NCBI GenBank assembly: GCA_964583615.1 | Contig: CAZOWM010000002.1 | Span: 8,050-72,049 of the forward strand | DNA from: an uncultured Spirochaetota bacterium | GTDB taxonomy: Bacteria; Spirochaetota; B62-G9; DRHN01 | Reading direction: 5' to 3' | DNA length: 64,000 nucleotides | Shown here: in pieces, positions 55,224 through 64,000 of the stretch | Numbering within the stretch: position 1 is the first letter of the stretch | Layout of the letters: every line of letters begins with the position of its first letter | Program-made: the position numbers and the translations under genes | Notes under the pieces: generated by a model | The model's database searches: none | The model's input: only the letters and a program-made list of their open reading frames with translations | Told to the model about the DNA's origin: nothing

Positions 55224-56597
55224 ATGCAGGGTGCGGATCCATTTTCAGACCTCAGATCGATTTTCTACGCAGCGGTGAAAAGCGTCGACCCCTACGAACT
55301 GATGAAAAGGCACCTTTCTGTTGAAAAAAACTCCCTGACCGTGGAAACGGGTGGTGATCGCCTGAAATTCGACCTCGACAAGTACACGCATGTCTTCGTG
55401 ATCGGAGCAGGAAAGGCAACTGCAAAGATGGCGAAAGCGGTTGAGGAAGCGCTCGGGGATAGAATCACCGAAGGAGTCATCTCGGTGAAATACGGGCACA
55501 CTGAACCTCTTAAAAAAATCGTGACGCTCGAAGCAGGGCATCCTGTTCCTGACCAAAACGGTATCAGTGCCGCACAGGAGATAGAGAGAATCGCGCGGCG
55601 TGCGGACGAACACTCCCTGGTCATAAATCTCATCTCAGGAGGAGGGTCAGCCCTTCTCATTTCTCCCCTCCGCTGCGTCATCGAGGATGAAGACTGCACG
55701 CTCGGGCTCGAGGATTTCAGGCGCACTACTCAGGTTCTCCTCGCTTGCGGGGCAACAATAGAGGAAATGAACTGCATCAGGAAGCACATCTCGATGATAA
55801 AGGGAGGAAGGCTTGCGCGGATGATCGAACCTGCGGTAATGCTCAATTTTATTCTCTCAGATGTTGTAGGAGACAGGCTCGATACCATCGCATCCGGGCT
55901 CACGACATTCGACGACACGACATTTTCTGATGCTGTGCGGGTCGTCAGTACATACGGCATCAGGGATGCGCTCCCCGAAAAGGTCCTTCGCGTGCTCGAT
56001 GCGGGGAAAAAGGGCCTCATAGAAGAAACGCCGAAAAAGGGCGATCCCCTGTTCTCATCGGTGAAACACATTCTCATCGGAACAAACCTGACGGCGCTCC
56101 GCGCTGGTGAAAAACACGCGTCCACACGCGGGTACCACACACGGGTGCTCTCCTCGCGGATCACCGGAGAGGCCTCTGAAATTGCTCAGGTCTATCACGG
56201 AATCGCCCGTGACGTTCACCTTCACGACCTCCTGTGTAAAAAACCCGCCTGCATCCTCGGAGGCGGAGAAACGACTGTTACCCTGCACGGAAACGGGAAA
56301 GGAGGAAGAAATCAGGAGTGCGCGCTCTCATTTCTTTCTGCATTGAGCAGGGAAAGAGATCCGGAAGGGATATTCTTTCTCTCTGCAGCGACTGACGGAA
56401 ACGACGGCCCCACAGATGCTGCCGGCGCGTTCGCCTGCGTCGCGGTTCTTAAAAAAAGCGCATCTCTCCACCTGAATATCGGGGAATATCTTCAGAACAA
56501 CGACTCATACACTTTTTACGAAAAAACAGGCGCTCTTCTGAAGACAGGCCCCACGAACACCAATGTGTGCGATATACAGATCGTGCTCGTGGTGTAA
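55224..56597 (+). CDS. glycerate kinase (MOFRL family, glycerate 2-kinase)
   Basis: VFVIGAGKATAKMAKAVEEALGDRITEG and the C-terminal MOFRL domain (GGGETTVTL, GGRNQE). Start is ATG 55224 with AGAGGAG upstream. ATG 55209 is possible. Confidence 0.8.
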   Translation: MQGADPFSDLRSIFYAAVKSVDPYELMKRHLSVEKNSLTVETGGDRLKFDLDKYTHVFVIGAGKATAKMAKAVEEALGDRITEGVISVKYGHTEPLKKIVTLEAGHPVPDQNGISAAQEIERIARRADEHSLVINLISGGGSALLISPLRCVIEDEDCTLGLEDFRRTTQVLLACGATIEEMNCIRKHISMIKGGRLARMIEPAVMLNFILSDVVGDRLDTIASGLTTFDDTTFSDAVRVVSTYGIRDALPEKVLRVLDAGKKGLIEETPKKGDPLFSSVKHILIGTNLTALRAGEKHASTRGYHTRVLSSRITGEASEIAQVYHGIARDVHLHDLLCKKPACILGGGETTVTLHGNGKGGRNQECALSFLSALSRERDPEGIFFLSAATDGNDGPTDAAGAFACVAVLKKSASLHLNIGEYLQNNDSYTFYEKTGALLKTGPTNTNVCDIQIVLVV

Positions 56598-56757
56598 TTA
56601 CTGGAAATATGTCGCCGTCCGGTGGCCTTTGTGCGTGATCCATTCAAAGGCACCTGTTCACCTATACACCTTCTTTCAGCGCTTCGTAATGTTTTCTTGT
56701 TTTTTAATACGCCTTTTTCTGGTTTTCGCTCTGTGACTCTTTGAATACGCCTTTTTT

Positions 56758-56997
56758 TCAGCGTTCCTGTATGAGCTCCTCTTCCTGTCTTTGGACCTTC
56801 TTTTTTTTCTTTCTGTACCCGATGCTTCTCACGACAAATCCCAGACCGATACCTACGACAAACACGATCAGAATCATGACTGCCCTCTGTATGGATACGG
56901 ACCACGCGAGAAAGCTTACTTCAACCACTTCAACGTTTTGCACCATGAACACGATGACGATGATACCGATAATGATCCCGATGATGAATTTTCCCAT
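56758..56997 (-). CDS. small membrane protein, LapA/DUF1049-like
   Basis: 79 aa. Two hydrophobic segments separated by NVEVVEVSFLAW, and a Lys-rich tail. Confidence 0.5.
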   Translation of the reverse strand: MGKFIIGIIIGIIVIVFMVQNVEVVEVSFLAWSVSIQRAVMILIVFVVGIGLGFVVRSIGYRKKKKKVQRQEEELIQER

Positions 56998-57271
56998 GGT
57001 ACCCTCCTTGGATTTTCAAGTTATTGGTATATTGTACCTTATATTCCAGGAATTCAAAAGGGAAAAAGATTTAAAGGCACGTGTGCGCAAGGTTCGAAAA
57101 CCCGCGAACAGGCAACAAAACCGTCTGTTTGTCATTTTTTTTCATCTTCATTTCACTTGATATTTTTTACTTTTTCTGTCATCTTCTCTACAATTCGTTG
57201 ATCCCGAACACGGCACTCTTCGTCATATGAGGAAAAAATGAACAAATGAATTCTCCATCCCAAAGAGCGGT

Positions 57272-58396
57272 ATGGTTTCGATGAATGACATAGAACATAC
57301 TTTTCCCATTCCAGATTCAGAAAACGGTCAGGGCAACACTCTCCTCGACGGGGCGCTTTCCGACACTACAGAGATTCTCACTGACACTGAAAGCCAGAAA
57401 AAAATCGCCGCTTCACCTGAGTATCCTCTCGAAAAGCGTCTGGAGGCCTATGAGGACATATTCGAGTCTCAGGTCGGGGACACCGCGCTGAACAGGGCAC
57501 GCAATATAGAGCGCGAGATCGGCCTCCGTCAGATTTTTTTGAAGTTCGAAGGAGGTAACCCGACCGGAACCCAGAAGGACCGCATTGCATTCGCCCAGGC
57601 AATGGACGCGCTCCGGAGGGGATTCGATGCGATTACTGTGGCCACCTGCGGCAATTACGGCGTTGCGGTGGCACTCGCAGCATATCTTGCGGGCCTGCGC
57701 TGCTTTATATACATTCCCGAAACCTATCATACCAGTCGCGTTTCGGAAATCGAGAAGCTCGGCGCCCGGATCATCCGGGTTTCGGGAGACTACGAGCACG
57801 CAGTAAGCGTATCGCAGCAGACGGCTTCTGAAGAAGAAATCTACGACGCAAATCCCGGGGGAGAAAACACAGCCATTCAGCTCAGTGCCTACGGTGAAAT
57901 CGCATATGAGATATACGATATGCTCCGCGACGCTCCGGCAGCAGTGTCGGTGCCCGTGTCGAACGGCACCACCTGCGCGGGTATACACAGAGGGTTCCTC
58001 AGTCTGTACAGGCGGGGAAAGACATCGCGCATTCCGAAAATCATCGCAGGGTCTGCATTCAGAAAAAATCCCATCGTACAGGCGTATCTGAAAAACCTGC
58101 CTATGTGTGAAGATCTCAGATCAGAGCAAATACAGGAAACGAAGGTTAACGAACCCCTCATTAACTGGCACTCCATTGACGGTGACCACGCACTGGCCGC
58201 GATCCGCTCCTCAGACGGATTTGCGGCGTACGTTTCGGACAGGAACATGACGTACTATGCGCGAATCATCAGAGGGCAGGAGGGGATGAACGTGCTTCCT
58301 GCGTCCACCGCAGGACTCATCGCGCTCGTGAGCGCACACAAAGCAACCCCCCTTTCAAACGACCGGTATGTCGCGATCATCACTGGGAGAAAATAA
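57272..58396 (+). CDS. fold-type II PLP-dependent enzyme, threonine synthase-like
   Basis: LKFEGGNPTGTQKDR is the PLP-lysine motif of the ThrC/CysK family, closest to ThrC-type NPTGSFKDR. Gly-rich loop GNYGVAVALAA. Has a ~70-aa N-terminal extension. Its stop overlaps the next start (TAATG). Confidence 0.75.
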   Translation: MVSMNDIEHTFPIPDSENGQGNTLLDGALSDTTEILTDTESQKKIAASPEYPLEKRLEAYEDIFESQVGDTALNRARNIEREIGLRQIFLKFEGGNPTGTQKDRIAFAQAMDALRRGFDAITVATCGNYGVAVALAAYLAGLRCFIYIPETYHTSRVSEIEKLGARIIRVSGDYEHAVSVSQQTASEEEIYDANPGGENTAIQLSAYGEIAYEIYDMLRDAPAAVSVPVSNGTTCAGIHRGFLSLYRRGKTSRIPKIIAGSAFRKNPIVQAYLKNLPMCEDLRSEQIQETKVNEPLINWHSIDGDHALAAIRSSDGFAAYVSDRNMTYYARIIRGQEGMNVLPASTAGLIALVSAHKATPLSNDRYVAIITGRK

Positions 58397-60975
58397 TGAC
58401 TGAGTTTCCCGAGGGGAACGCCGTCGTGTACTGTGAGGGGGCGTTTCACACCACCAACGGAAAGACCGCGCACGGGCTCGTCCGAAGAACCAGGCGCTAC
58501 AGGGTGCTCTCGGTCATCGACTCACGGCAAAGCGGGAAGGACGCGGGAGCTGTGCTCGACGGGAAAAGAGCAGGGATTCCGATCTACCGCGGTGTAGAAG
58601 AAGCCGTGCGGAAGGCGCACGACGCAGGAACCGATGCCACTCATTTTGTCGTTGGGCTCGCTCCTGACGGTGGGCGGCTGAGCGCACGGGGACGTGATGA
58701 TGTGAAAAAGGCAATACGACTCGGCCTCAATGTGGACTGCGGGCTTCACGACATCCTCTCTGACGACAAAGAGATCGCTGACCTCGCACAAGAGCACGGG
58801 GTGAAAATTCGCGACGTGAGAAAACCTCCGCCCAGAGGTGAGCTTCACTTTTTTTGCGGAAAAATCGAGGAAGTGGATTCTCTGAAAATCGCAGTGCTCG
58901 GCACTGACTCTGCAATCGGAAAGCGGACAACAGCATGGATGCTTGCGGATGCGTTTGAAACTGCAGGGCTTGCCGTAGAGGTTGTGGGCACGGGCCAGAC
59001 CGCGTGGATGCAGGGAGTACGCTACGGTTTGATCCTCGATTCGTTGGTTTCAGACTTCGTCACGGGCGAGATTGAGCATGCGGTGTGGCTGGCGTGGAAG
59101 GAAAAAAAGCCCGATGTCATCATCATCGAAGGGCAGGGCAGCCTGCTCAACCCGGCCTACCCGGGCGGGCTCGAAATCCTCTCCGCCGGCCGCCCGGATG
59201 CAGTCGTGCTCCAGCATGCGCCCGCAAGAAAAATATACGACGGCTTTCCAGGCTATGCGCTTCACCCACTCCGCACGCAGATACGGGCAATCGAATCAGT
59301 TTCGGAAATTCGAATTGCCGCAATCACCGTGAACCACGAAGGGCTCGACAAAGCATCGATTCTCGACGCGAGCCGCCTGATTTCAATGGAGACAGGGCTT
59401 CCCGCGGTCGACGTGCTCGTGCACGGTGCAGCGGGGCTCCTTTCCCACCTCACACGGTTTCGCAACCGTGTGCATAGAAAGTATCTCGGCGCTCTCCAAC
59501 AAAGATTTACCGAGCCGAACAACACACTCGAACACCTCGTCGCGTTCGACACTCTTGAAATTGGACCGGTCCGGATATACAACGACCGTTTCAAAGCTCC
59601 TTACTCGGTGGTAAAAAACGGGACGGTCGACACCTTTGAGCTCATCTACCGCTTCGAGGAACACGTGTTTGATCCCGACGACGATGGGTCGAAAAATCTC
59701 GCGCACATGATTGCCGCTCAGGCCGCGATGAACTATGCGCTGTTCTGCAATGAAATCGTGTTCCGCGGCCCCTACGACGAGCATGACAAGCGATTCCTCC
59801 GGGAAATGGCGGAAAACACTGCCCGCGAAATCTACGTGAAAAAGCTGCTTGAACCGAACCCCTTTGTTGTCAAAGGGTTTCCGCAGACACCTGTGATCAA
59901 GAAACAGTGGTATGCAGCGGCGGAGCTCGTGTTTCCCGACCAAAAGGCAAGCGCGCACACCGCGCAGTGGCGAACCCGCAAAAACCGCTACGGAGTCCTC
60001 CTCAGCGGCGGCAAGGAAAGCCTCCTCAGCTTCGGAATTTTGAATGAGATCGGGAATGAGACACATCCCCTGTTTGTCAACGAATCGGGCAGACACTGGT
60101 ACACCGCACTGAACAGCTACCGCTTTTTCAGAGACCACGTTCCCCGCACGGCACGCGTATGGACGAACTCCGACCGTCTGTTCACGTGGATGCTCGGGCA
60201 TCTACCCTTCGTGCGCCACGATTTCTTCACCCTGAGGGCAGATGACTACCCGATCCGTCTGTGGACAGTCGCGGTGTTTTTGTTCGGCGTGCTCCCTCTG
60301 CTGAAAAAACGCGGCATCTGCGCCGTCGTCATCGGAGACGAGTACGATACCACAATAACGGCTGATTTTCAAGGTATTCCAAACTACGACGGGCTTTTCG
60401 ATCAGAGCATCTTTTTCGACCGCGCGCTCACGGACTATTTTCAAAAGAAGGGGTGGAATCTGGTCCTTTTCTCTATTGTACGCTCACTCTCCGAGTTCCT
60501 CGTTCTCAGGATGCTTGCCCAACGCTACCCGCATCTTCAAAAAAACCAGCTCTCCTGCCACATGACACACATCGAAAAGGGGCGCGCAGTTCCATGCGGA
60601 AAGTGTGAAAAGTGTCACAGAATCGTTTCAATGCTCATCGCGCTCGGTGACGACCCCACACAATTCGGTTACACAGAAAAGCAGGTTAGAAACTGCCTCC
60701 AAGGCCTTGCACACACGCATCTCCACCAGGAATCTGCAGTAAGCGAACACACGCGGTACCTACTCTCGGAGATGAACCGGATCGAGGCGCAGGAAACCTT
60801 GAGCCCCCATCCTGAAATCGAGCATCTCCGTTTCGACAGCGAAAACTCACCTATAAACGCGGTTCCAAAAGAGATCAGAGAAAAAGTCATTGAGCTGCAG
60901 ATGAAACACGCATCAGGGGCATTGAAAAAAAAAGGCGGTTCGTGGGTCTCATTTGACCCGATTTCAGATACATGA
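58396..60975 (+). CDS. fusion protein: N-terminal DUF1611 domain + C-terminal PP-loop ATP pyrophosphatase-like domain with Cys cluster
   Basis: 859 aa. Residues ~1-350: DUF1611-like with a P-loop-like IAVLGTDSAIGKRTTA. Residues ~530-860: LLSGGKES PP-loop (SGGxDS variant) at nt 60004-60021, and a C-terminal SCHMTH...VPCGKCEKCHR Cys cluster reminiscent of the QueC/ExsB zinc site. Confidence 0.7.
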   Translation: MTEFPEGNAVVYCEGAFHTTNGKTAHGLVRRTRRYRVLSVIDSRQSGKDAGAVLDGKRAGIPIYRGVEEAVRKAHDAGTDATHFVVGLAPDGGRLSARGRDDVKKAIRLGLNVDCGLHDILSDDKEIADLAQEHGVKIRDVRKPPPRGELHFFCGKIEEVDSLKIAVLGTDSAIGKRTTAWMLADAFETAGLAVEVVGTGQTAWMQGVRYGLILDSLVSDFVTGEIEHAVWLAWKEKKPDVIIIEGQGSLLNPAYPGGLEILSAGRPDAVVLQHAPARKIYDGFPGYALHPLRTQIRAIESVSEIRIAAITVNHEGLDKASILDASRLISMETGLPAVDVLVHGAAGLLSHLTRFRNRVHRKYLGALQQRFTEPNNTLEHLVAFDTLEIGPVRIYNDRFKAPYSVVKNGTVDTFELIYRFEEHVFDPDDDGSKNLAHMIAAQAAMNYALFCNEIVFRGPYDEHDKRFLREMAENTAREIYVKKLLEPNPFVVKGFPQTPVIKKQWYAAAELVFPDQKASAHTAQWRTRKNRYGVLLSGGKESLLSFGILNEIGNETHPLFVNESGRHWYTALNSYRFFRDHVPRTARVWTNSDRLFTWMLGHLPFVRHDFFTLRADDYPIRLWTVAVFLFGVLPLLKKRGICAVVIGDEYDTTITADFQGIPNYDGLFDQSIFFDRALTDYFQKKGWNLVLFSIVRSLSEFLVLRMLAQRYPHLQKNQLSCHMTHIEKGRAVPCGKCEKCHRIVSMLIALGDDPTQFGYTEKQVRNCLQGLAHTHLHQESAVSEHTRYLLSEMNRIEAQETLSPHPEIEHLRFDSENSPINAVPKEIREKVIELQMKHASGALKKKGGSWVSFDPISDT

Positions 60976-60987
60976 GGAGGAGCTTGA

Positions 60988-61788
60988 ATGACCGAACACG
61001 TTCGAAAAAAGCAGCATATCCTCGGAGAGCTCACATGGCCTGAGGCAAAAAAACATTTTAAACAGATCGATCTCGCGCTCCTTCCCGTGGGCTCCACGGA
61101 GCAGCACGGCCCGCACCTGCCGCTCGACACAGACGCATTCGACGCGGATTACCTCGCGCGCTCTGTTGCCTCCTCTTTTTCAGATCCCAAGCCGGTCGTT
61201 CTGCCGTTGATTCCCTACGGCGTCTCGTACCACCACATGGATTTCAGCGGAACCCTCAGTATCACGAACGAAACCCTCACCCGGCTCGTCTATGAGGTGG
61301 GGATGAGCGCTGCACAGCACGGAATAAAAAAACTCATCATCATCAACGGCCACGGCGGAAACACACCTTCTCTGAAAAACGCAGCGCAGATGATCAACAG
61401 AGACGCCCGCATTTTCACCTGCGTCGATACCGGAGAAACGAGCGATATCGACATCAGCAGAATAATCGAAACGCGGAACGACGCACATGCAGGTGAAATC
61501 GAAACGAGCACCGCGCTTGCAACACGCCCTCATCTCGTGGACGTGGAAAAGGCAAAAAAGTTTGTTCCGAATTTTTCCAGCAGATACCTAGATTTCAGCT
61601 CGAGCAGGAGTGTGGAGTGGTTCACACGGACGGAACTGATTTCCACCAGCGGCGTGCTGGGTGACCCGACAAAAGCGAGCAGGGAAAAAGGAGAGCGGAT
61701 CTGGCAGATCATGACCGAGCAACTGGTTCGTTTCGTTGCAGAGCTCATGAACATGACACTCGACGAGATCTACGAAAAACGGTACTGA
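60988..61788 (+). CDS. creatininase-family amidohydrolase
   Basis: LPVGSTEQHGPHLPLDTD and INGHGGN motifs of the creatinine amidohydrolase/ArfB/MftE family. GGAGGAG RBS. Confidence 0.8.
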   Translation: MTEHVRKKQHILGELTWPEAKKHFKQIDLALLPVGSTEQHGPHLPLDTDAFDADYLARSVASSFSDPKPVVLPLIPYGVSYHHMDFSGTLSITNETLTRLVYEVGMSAAQHGIKKLIIINGHGGNTPSLKNAAQMINRDARIFTCVDTGETSDIDISRIIETRNDAHAGEIETSTALATRPHLVDVEKAKKFVPNFSSRYLDFSSSRSVEWFTRTELISTSGVLGDPTKASREKGERIWQIMTEQLVRFVAELMNMTLDEIYEKRY

Positions 61789-61790
61789 CC

Positions 61791-62852
61791 ATGAAGATCA
61801 CTGCTATCGATACATGGGCAGAGCATATGGCACTCGAGGAGCCCTACCAGATCGCCTACGAGCGTGTGGAATCCGCAACAAACGTGTTCATGCGCATGGA
61901 GACGAACGCAGGCATTACTGGCTGCGGGTGCGCGGCACCTGACCGGCATGTCACCAAAGAGAGCGCTGATTCCGTTTTATCCGTAGTACAAAACATCGCG
62001 GCACCATATTTGAAAGGAAAAGACCCTCTTCGCTACTCCCTTCACCTCGAACGGCTGAAGCGATTTCTGAAAGGCCATCCTTCAGCGCTCGCGTGCATCG
62101 ACATGGCGCTTTACGACATCCTGGGAAAGGTCTGCGGGATGCCGCTGTGGAAGCTTCTCGGCGGATTTCGCACCCGCATCAAAACGAGCATCACCATCGG
62201 CATCATCCCTGTCACTGATACTGTAGCACGGGCAAAGGAGTACGTCTCTCAGGGGTTTTCCGCCATCAAGCTCAAGGGAGGGCTCAATCTTGATGAGGAC
62301 GTCCAAAAGGTGGCCGGTGTGAGAGAGGCGGTGGGGGGGAAAATCGAACTCAGGTTCGATGCAAATCAGGGCTACACGGTTGATGAAGCGGTGCGGTTTG
62401 TGAAAAAGACCGCCCCATTTCGCATTGAGCTCATCGAGCAGCCGACGCCTGCCGGTAACGCGCACCTGCTTGGAAAAATCTCCCGAAGCGTTCCCATCCC
62501 TGTGATGGCGGACGAAAGCGTTCACAGTTTACGGGATGCGTTCCGCCTCGCGCGCGGCGATCTCATCGACATGGTAAACATCAAGCTGATGAAGGTGGGC
62601 GGCATACACGAGGCGCTGATGATCAATGCAGTCTCACGCTCTGCCGGGCTCGAGGTAATGGTCGGGTGCATGGACGAGGCTGCGCTCGGTATCGCAGCAG
62701 GGCTTCATTTTGCCCTCGCACGCCCGAATGTGCTCTACGCGGATCTCGACGGGTTTCTCGGCCTGAAAAACGATTCCACAAGAAATGCAGTGATCCTCAA
62801 GAAAGGGACGCTCTATGCATCAAACGCGCCCGGCCTCGGTTTCGAGCTGTGA
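61791..62852 (+). CDS. enolase-superfamily dipeptide epimerase (L-Ala-D/L-Glu epimerase-like, MLE subgroup)
   Basis: KxK motif (SAIKLKGG), metal ligands in RFDANQGY and IEQP, and the second catalytic Lys region VNIKLMKVGG. 353 aa. Confidence 0.8.
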   Translation: MKITAIDTWAEHMALEEPYQIAYERVESATNVFMRMETNAGITGCGCAAPDRHVTKESADSVLSVVQNIAAPYLKGKDPLRYSLHLERLKRFLKGHPSALACIDMALYDILGKVCGMPLWKLLGGFRTRIKTSITIGIIPVTDTVARAKEYVSQGFSAIKLKGGLNLDEDVQKVAGVREAVGGKIELRFDANQGYTVDEAVRFVKKTAPFRIELIEQPTPAGNAHLLGKISRSVPIPVMADESVHSLRDAFRLARGDLIDMVNIKLMKVGGIHEALMINAVSRSAGLEVMVGCMDEAALGIAAGLHFALARPNVLYADLDGFLGLKNDSTRNAVILKKGTLYASNAPGLGFEL

Positions 62853-62881
62853 GCATTTTTTCCCGAATACACGAGCTCGCA

Positions 62882-63760
62882 CTACACTTCCACACCGAGG
62901 AACAGGCGTATCAGAAAGCCGATGAAGAAACTGATAACCGCCACACCCAGACTGAGAGACGCCATCTCAACGAATCTCTTTTTGAATGAGTAGTCCTTTG
63001 CCACTGATATGTAGTAGTTGAAAAAGAATATGATACACACCGCGATGCAGAGGGTCACGCCCAGGCTCACCATGTACCTGCTGAAAAAGAGATAGGGAAG
63101 AATGAGCAGCATAACGGTCACGATATAGGCGATGCCGGTGTAAAAGGACGACTTTAGCGCCAGATCTGCTTTTCCCTCGGACTTTGTGGAGAGGTACTCC
63201 GAAGTGGCCATGGAAAGGGAAGCGGCGATTCCGGTGATGAGCCCTGCGAGTGCGATAAGCCTGGTGTCCCTGAGCGCGAGGGAGAGTCCTGCAAGAGCAC
63301 CGGTCAGCTCCACCAGCGCATCGTTGAGGCCCAGCACGATTGAGCCGACGTAGTTCAAACGCTCCTCATCGATGAGACTGATCAGCTCCTTTTCGTGGTT
63401 GTTTTCGTCATCCACGATCTTCTGCGCCTCGGGTATAGAGGCGGTGATTTCCGCATAGTTTATCTGTGCCTGCTCTTCTCCCCGCTCCATGAGCTTGATC
63501 CCGAAGGTGAGGCCGAAGATCCTTGCCACCCAGAAAAAAAAGAATATCTTCCAGCGGTTCGGTTTCACCTCTTTTCCCGTGTGCGTGCGCCAGAATTCAT
63601 AGTGCCGGTGTTCGTCTTCTGCGATACGGCGGAGTACTTCGCTGTTTTTTTTCTTTTTGATGGATTCTGAAAGTCTCGAGTAGATGTGGTACTCCGTAAT
63701 TTCGCTTTTCTGCGAACGGAGAATATGTGCGCGGATCTGTTCCGAAAGTTGAGCATGCAT
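62882..63760 (-). CDS. VIT1/CCC1-family iron/manganese transporter with N-terminal ferritin-like region
   Basis: ExxH-type N-terminal region (EDEHRHYEFW), then a VIT membrane domain (SIVLGLNDALVELTGALAG). Start set to internal MHAQLSE. Confidence 0.7.
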   Translation of the reverse strand: MHAQLSEQIRAHILRSQKSEITEYHIYSRLSESIKKKKNSEVLRRIAEDEHRHYEFWRTHTGKEVKPNRWKIFFFFWVARIFGLTFGIKLMERGEEQAQINYAEITASIPEAQKIVDDENNHEKELISLIDEERLNYVGSIVLGLNDALVELTGALAGLSLALRDTRLIALAGLITGIAASLSMATSEYLSTKSEGKADLALKSSFYTGIAYIVTVMLLILPYLFFSRYMVSLGVTLCIAVCIIFFFNYYISVAKDYSFKKRFVEMASLSLGVAVISFFIGFLIRLFLGVEV

Positions 63761-63840
63761 TGTGATTCTCCTTTTCCCCATCTCAAATTGAAATAATAGT
63801 GCACTCCCTGATCGATGTTCGTCGCGCAGCGGACACGCGG

Positions 63841-64000
63841 CTACAACCACCGCCTTTTTTTAAAAATGATCAACATTGCCACGCCTATACACCCCATCAC
63901 GATGAGCACGGTGAAATACCCCCAGCGCCACCCGAGCTCAGGCATGCGCTGAAAATTCATCCCGTAGATGCCTGCGATAAAGGTGAGCGGGATAAAGATA
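63841..64000 (-). CDS. corA: magnesium/cobalt transporter CorA, C-terminal part (gene continues beyond window end)
   Basis: Reverse-complement translation: ...IFIPLTFIAGIYGMNFQRMPELGWRWGYFTVLIVMGCIGVAMLIIFKKRRWL*. It contains the GMN motif and the characteristic CorA C-terminus. Confidence 0.7.
   Translation of the reverse strand, partial: IFIPLTFIAGIYGMNFQRMPELGWRWGYFTVLIVMGCIGVAMLIIFKKRRWL

Noticed and set aside
56598-56757. Hairpin gcctttg-N13-caaaggc after the glycerate kinase gene
   Set aside because: The 7-bp inverted repeat is real but not followed by a T-run. It may be a Rho-dependent or stability element, but it is not supportable as an intrinsic terminator.
1-64000. Looked for CRISPR arrays, rRNA/tRNA genes, IS elements and integrases
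   Set aside because: No direct-repeat/spacer arrays, no tRNA-like T-loop contexts, and no transposase or integrase-like ORFs were found. The window appears to be core chromosome.

Overview
A 64-kb chromosomal segment of a Gram-negative-type bacterium with moderate GC content. The lineage is unclear. Genes are densely packed on both strands and are mostly housekeeping. No rRNA, tRNA, CRISPR array or recognisable transposase/integrase was seen.

Main content, left to right:
- Partial dus, then the MEP-pathway genes ispF and ispD, with ispE divergent.
- glnS.
- A shikimate cluster aroE-aroK-aroB with aroQ convergent. aroA plus chorismate mutase lie about 27 kb further on.
- A malic enzyme and an aldo/keto-reductase-ferredoxin fusion.
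- A minus-strand gene string lysA-ddl-cobT-cobS-cbiB.
- hutI, nth, mgtE and murB.
- A surface-protein region: an outer-membrane-like protein with a coiled-coil/TPR tail, a PHP phosphoesterase, a membrane GGDEF-EAL protein, and a roughly 1450-aa lipoprotein with about ten Calx-beta-like repeats and a NIDO-like C-terminal domain.
- An alpha-oxoamine synthase.
- A CbiM/Q/O-type Ni/Co ECF transporter with two atypical periplasmic components.
- M20 and M24 peptidases and a glycerate kinase.
- A VIT-family transporter and a partial corA.

The most unusual locus is a tightly coupled four-gene operon at 57.3-62.9 kb. It encodes a ThrC-like PLP enzyme, an 859-aa fusion of DUF1611 with a QueC-like PP-loop ATPase domain, a creatininase-family amidohydrolase and an enolase-superfamily dipeptide epimerase. 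I propose it as a candidate undescribed small-peptide or amino-acid modification or salvage module.

A second candidate is a gene pair at 4.05-6.45 kb: a GIY-YIG (UvrC-type) nuclease-domain protein with a roughly 250-aa unknown N-terminal region, next to a 330-aa protein with no recognisable domain.

All calls are from reading the six-frame translations and the DNA. No database searches were run.
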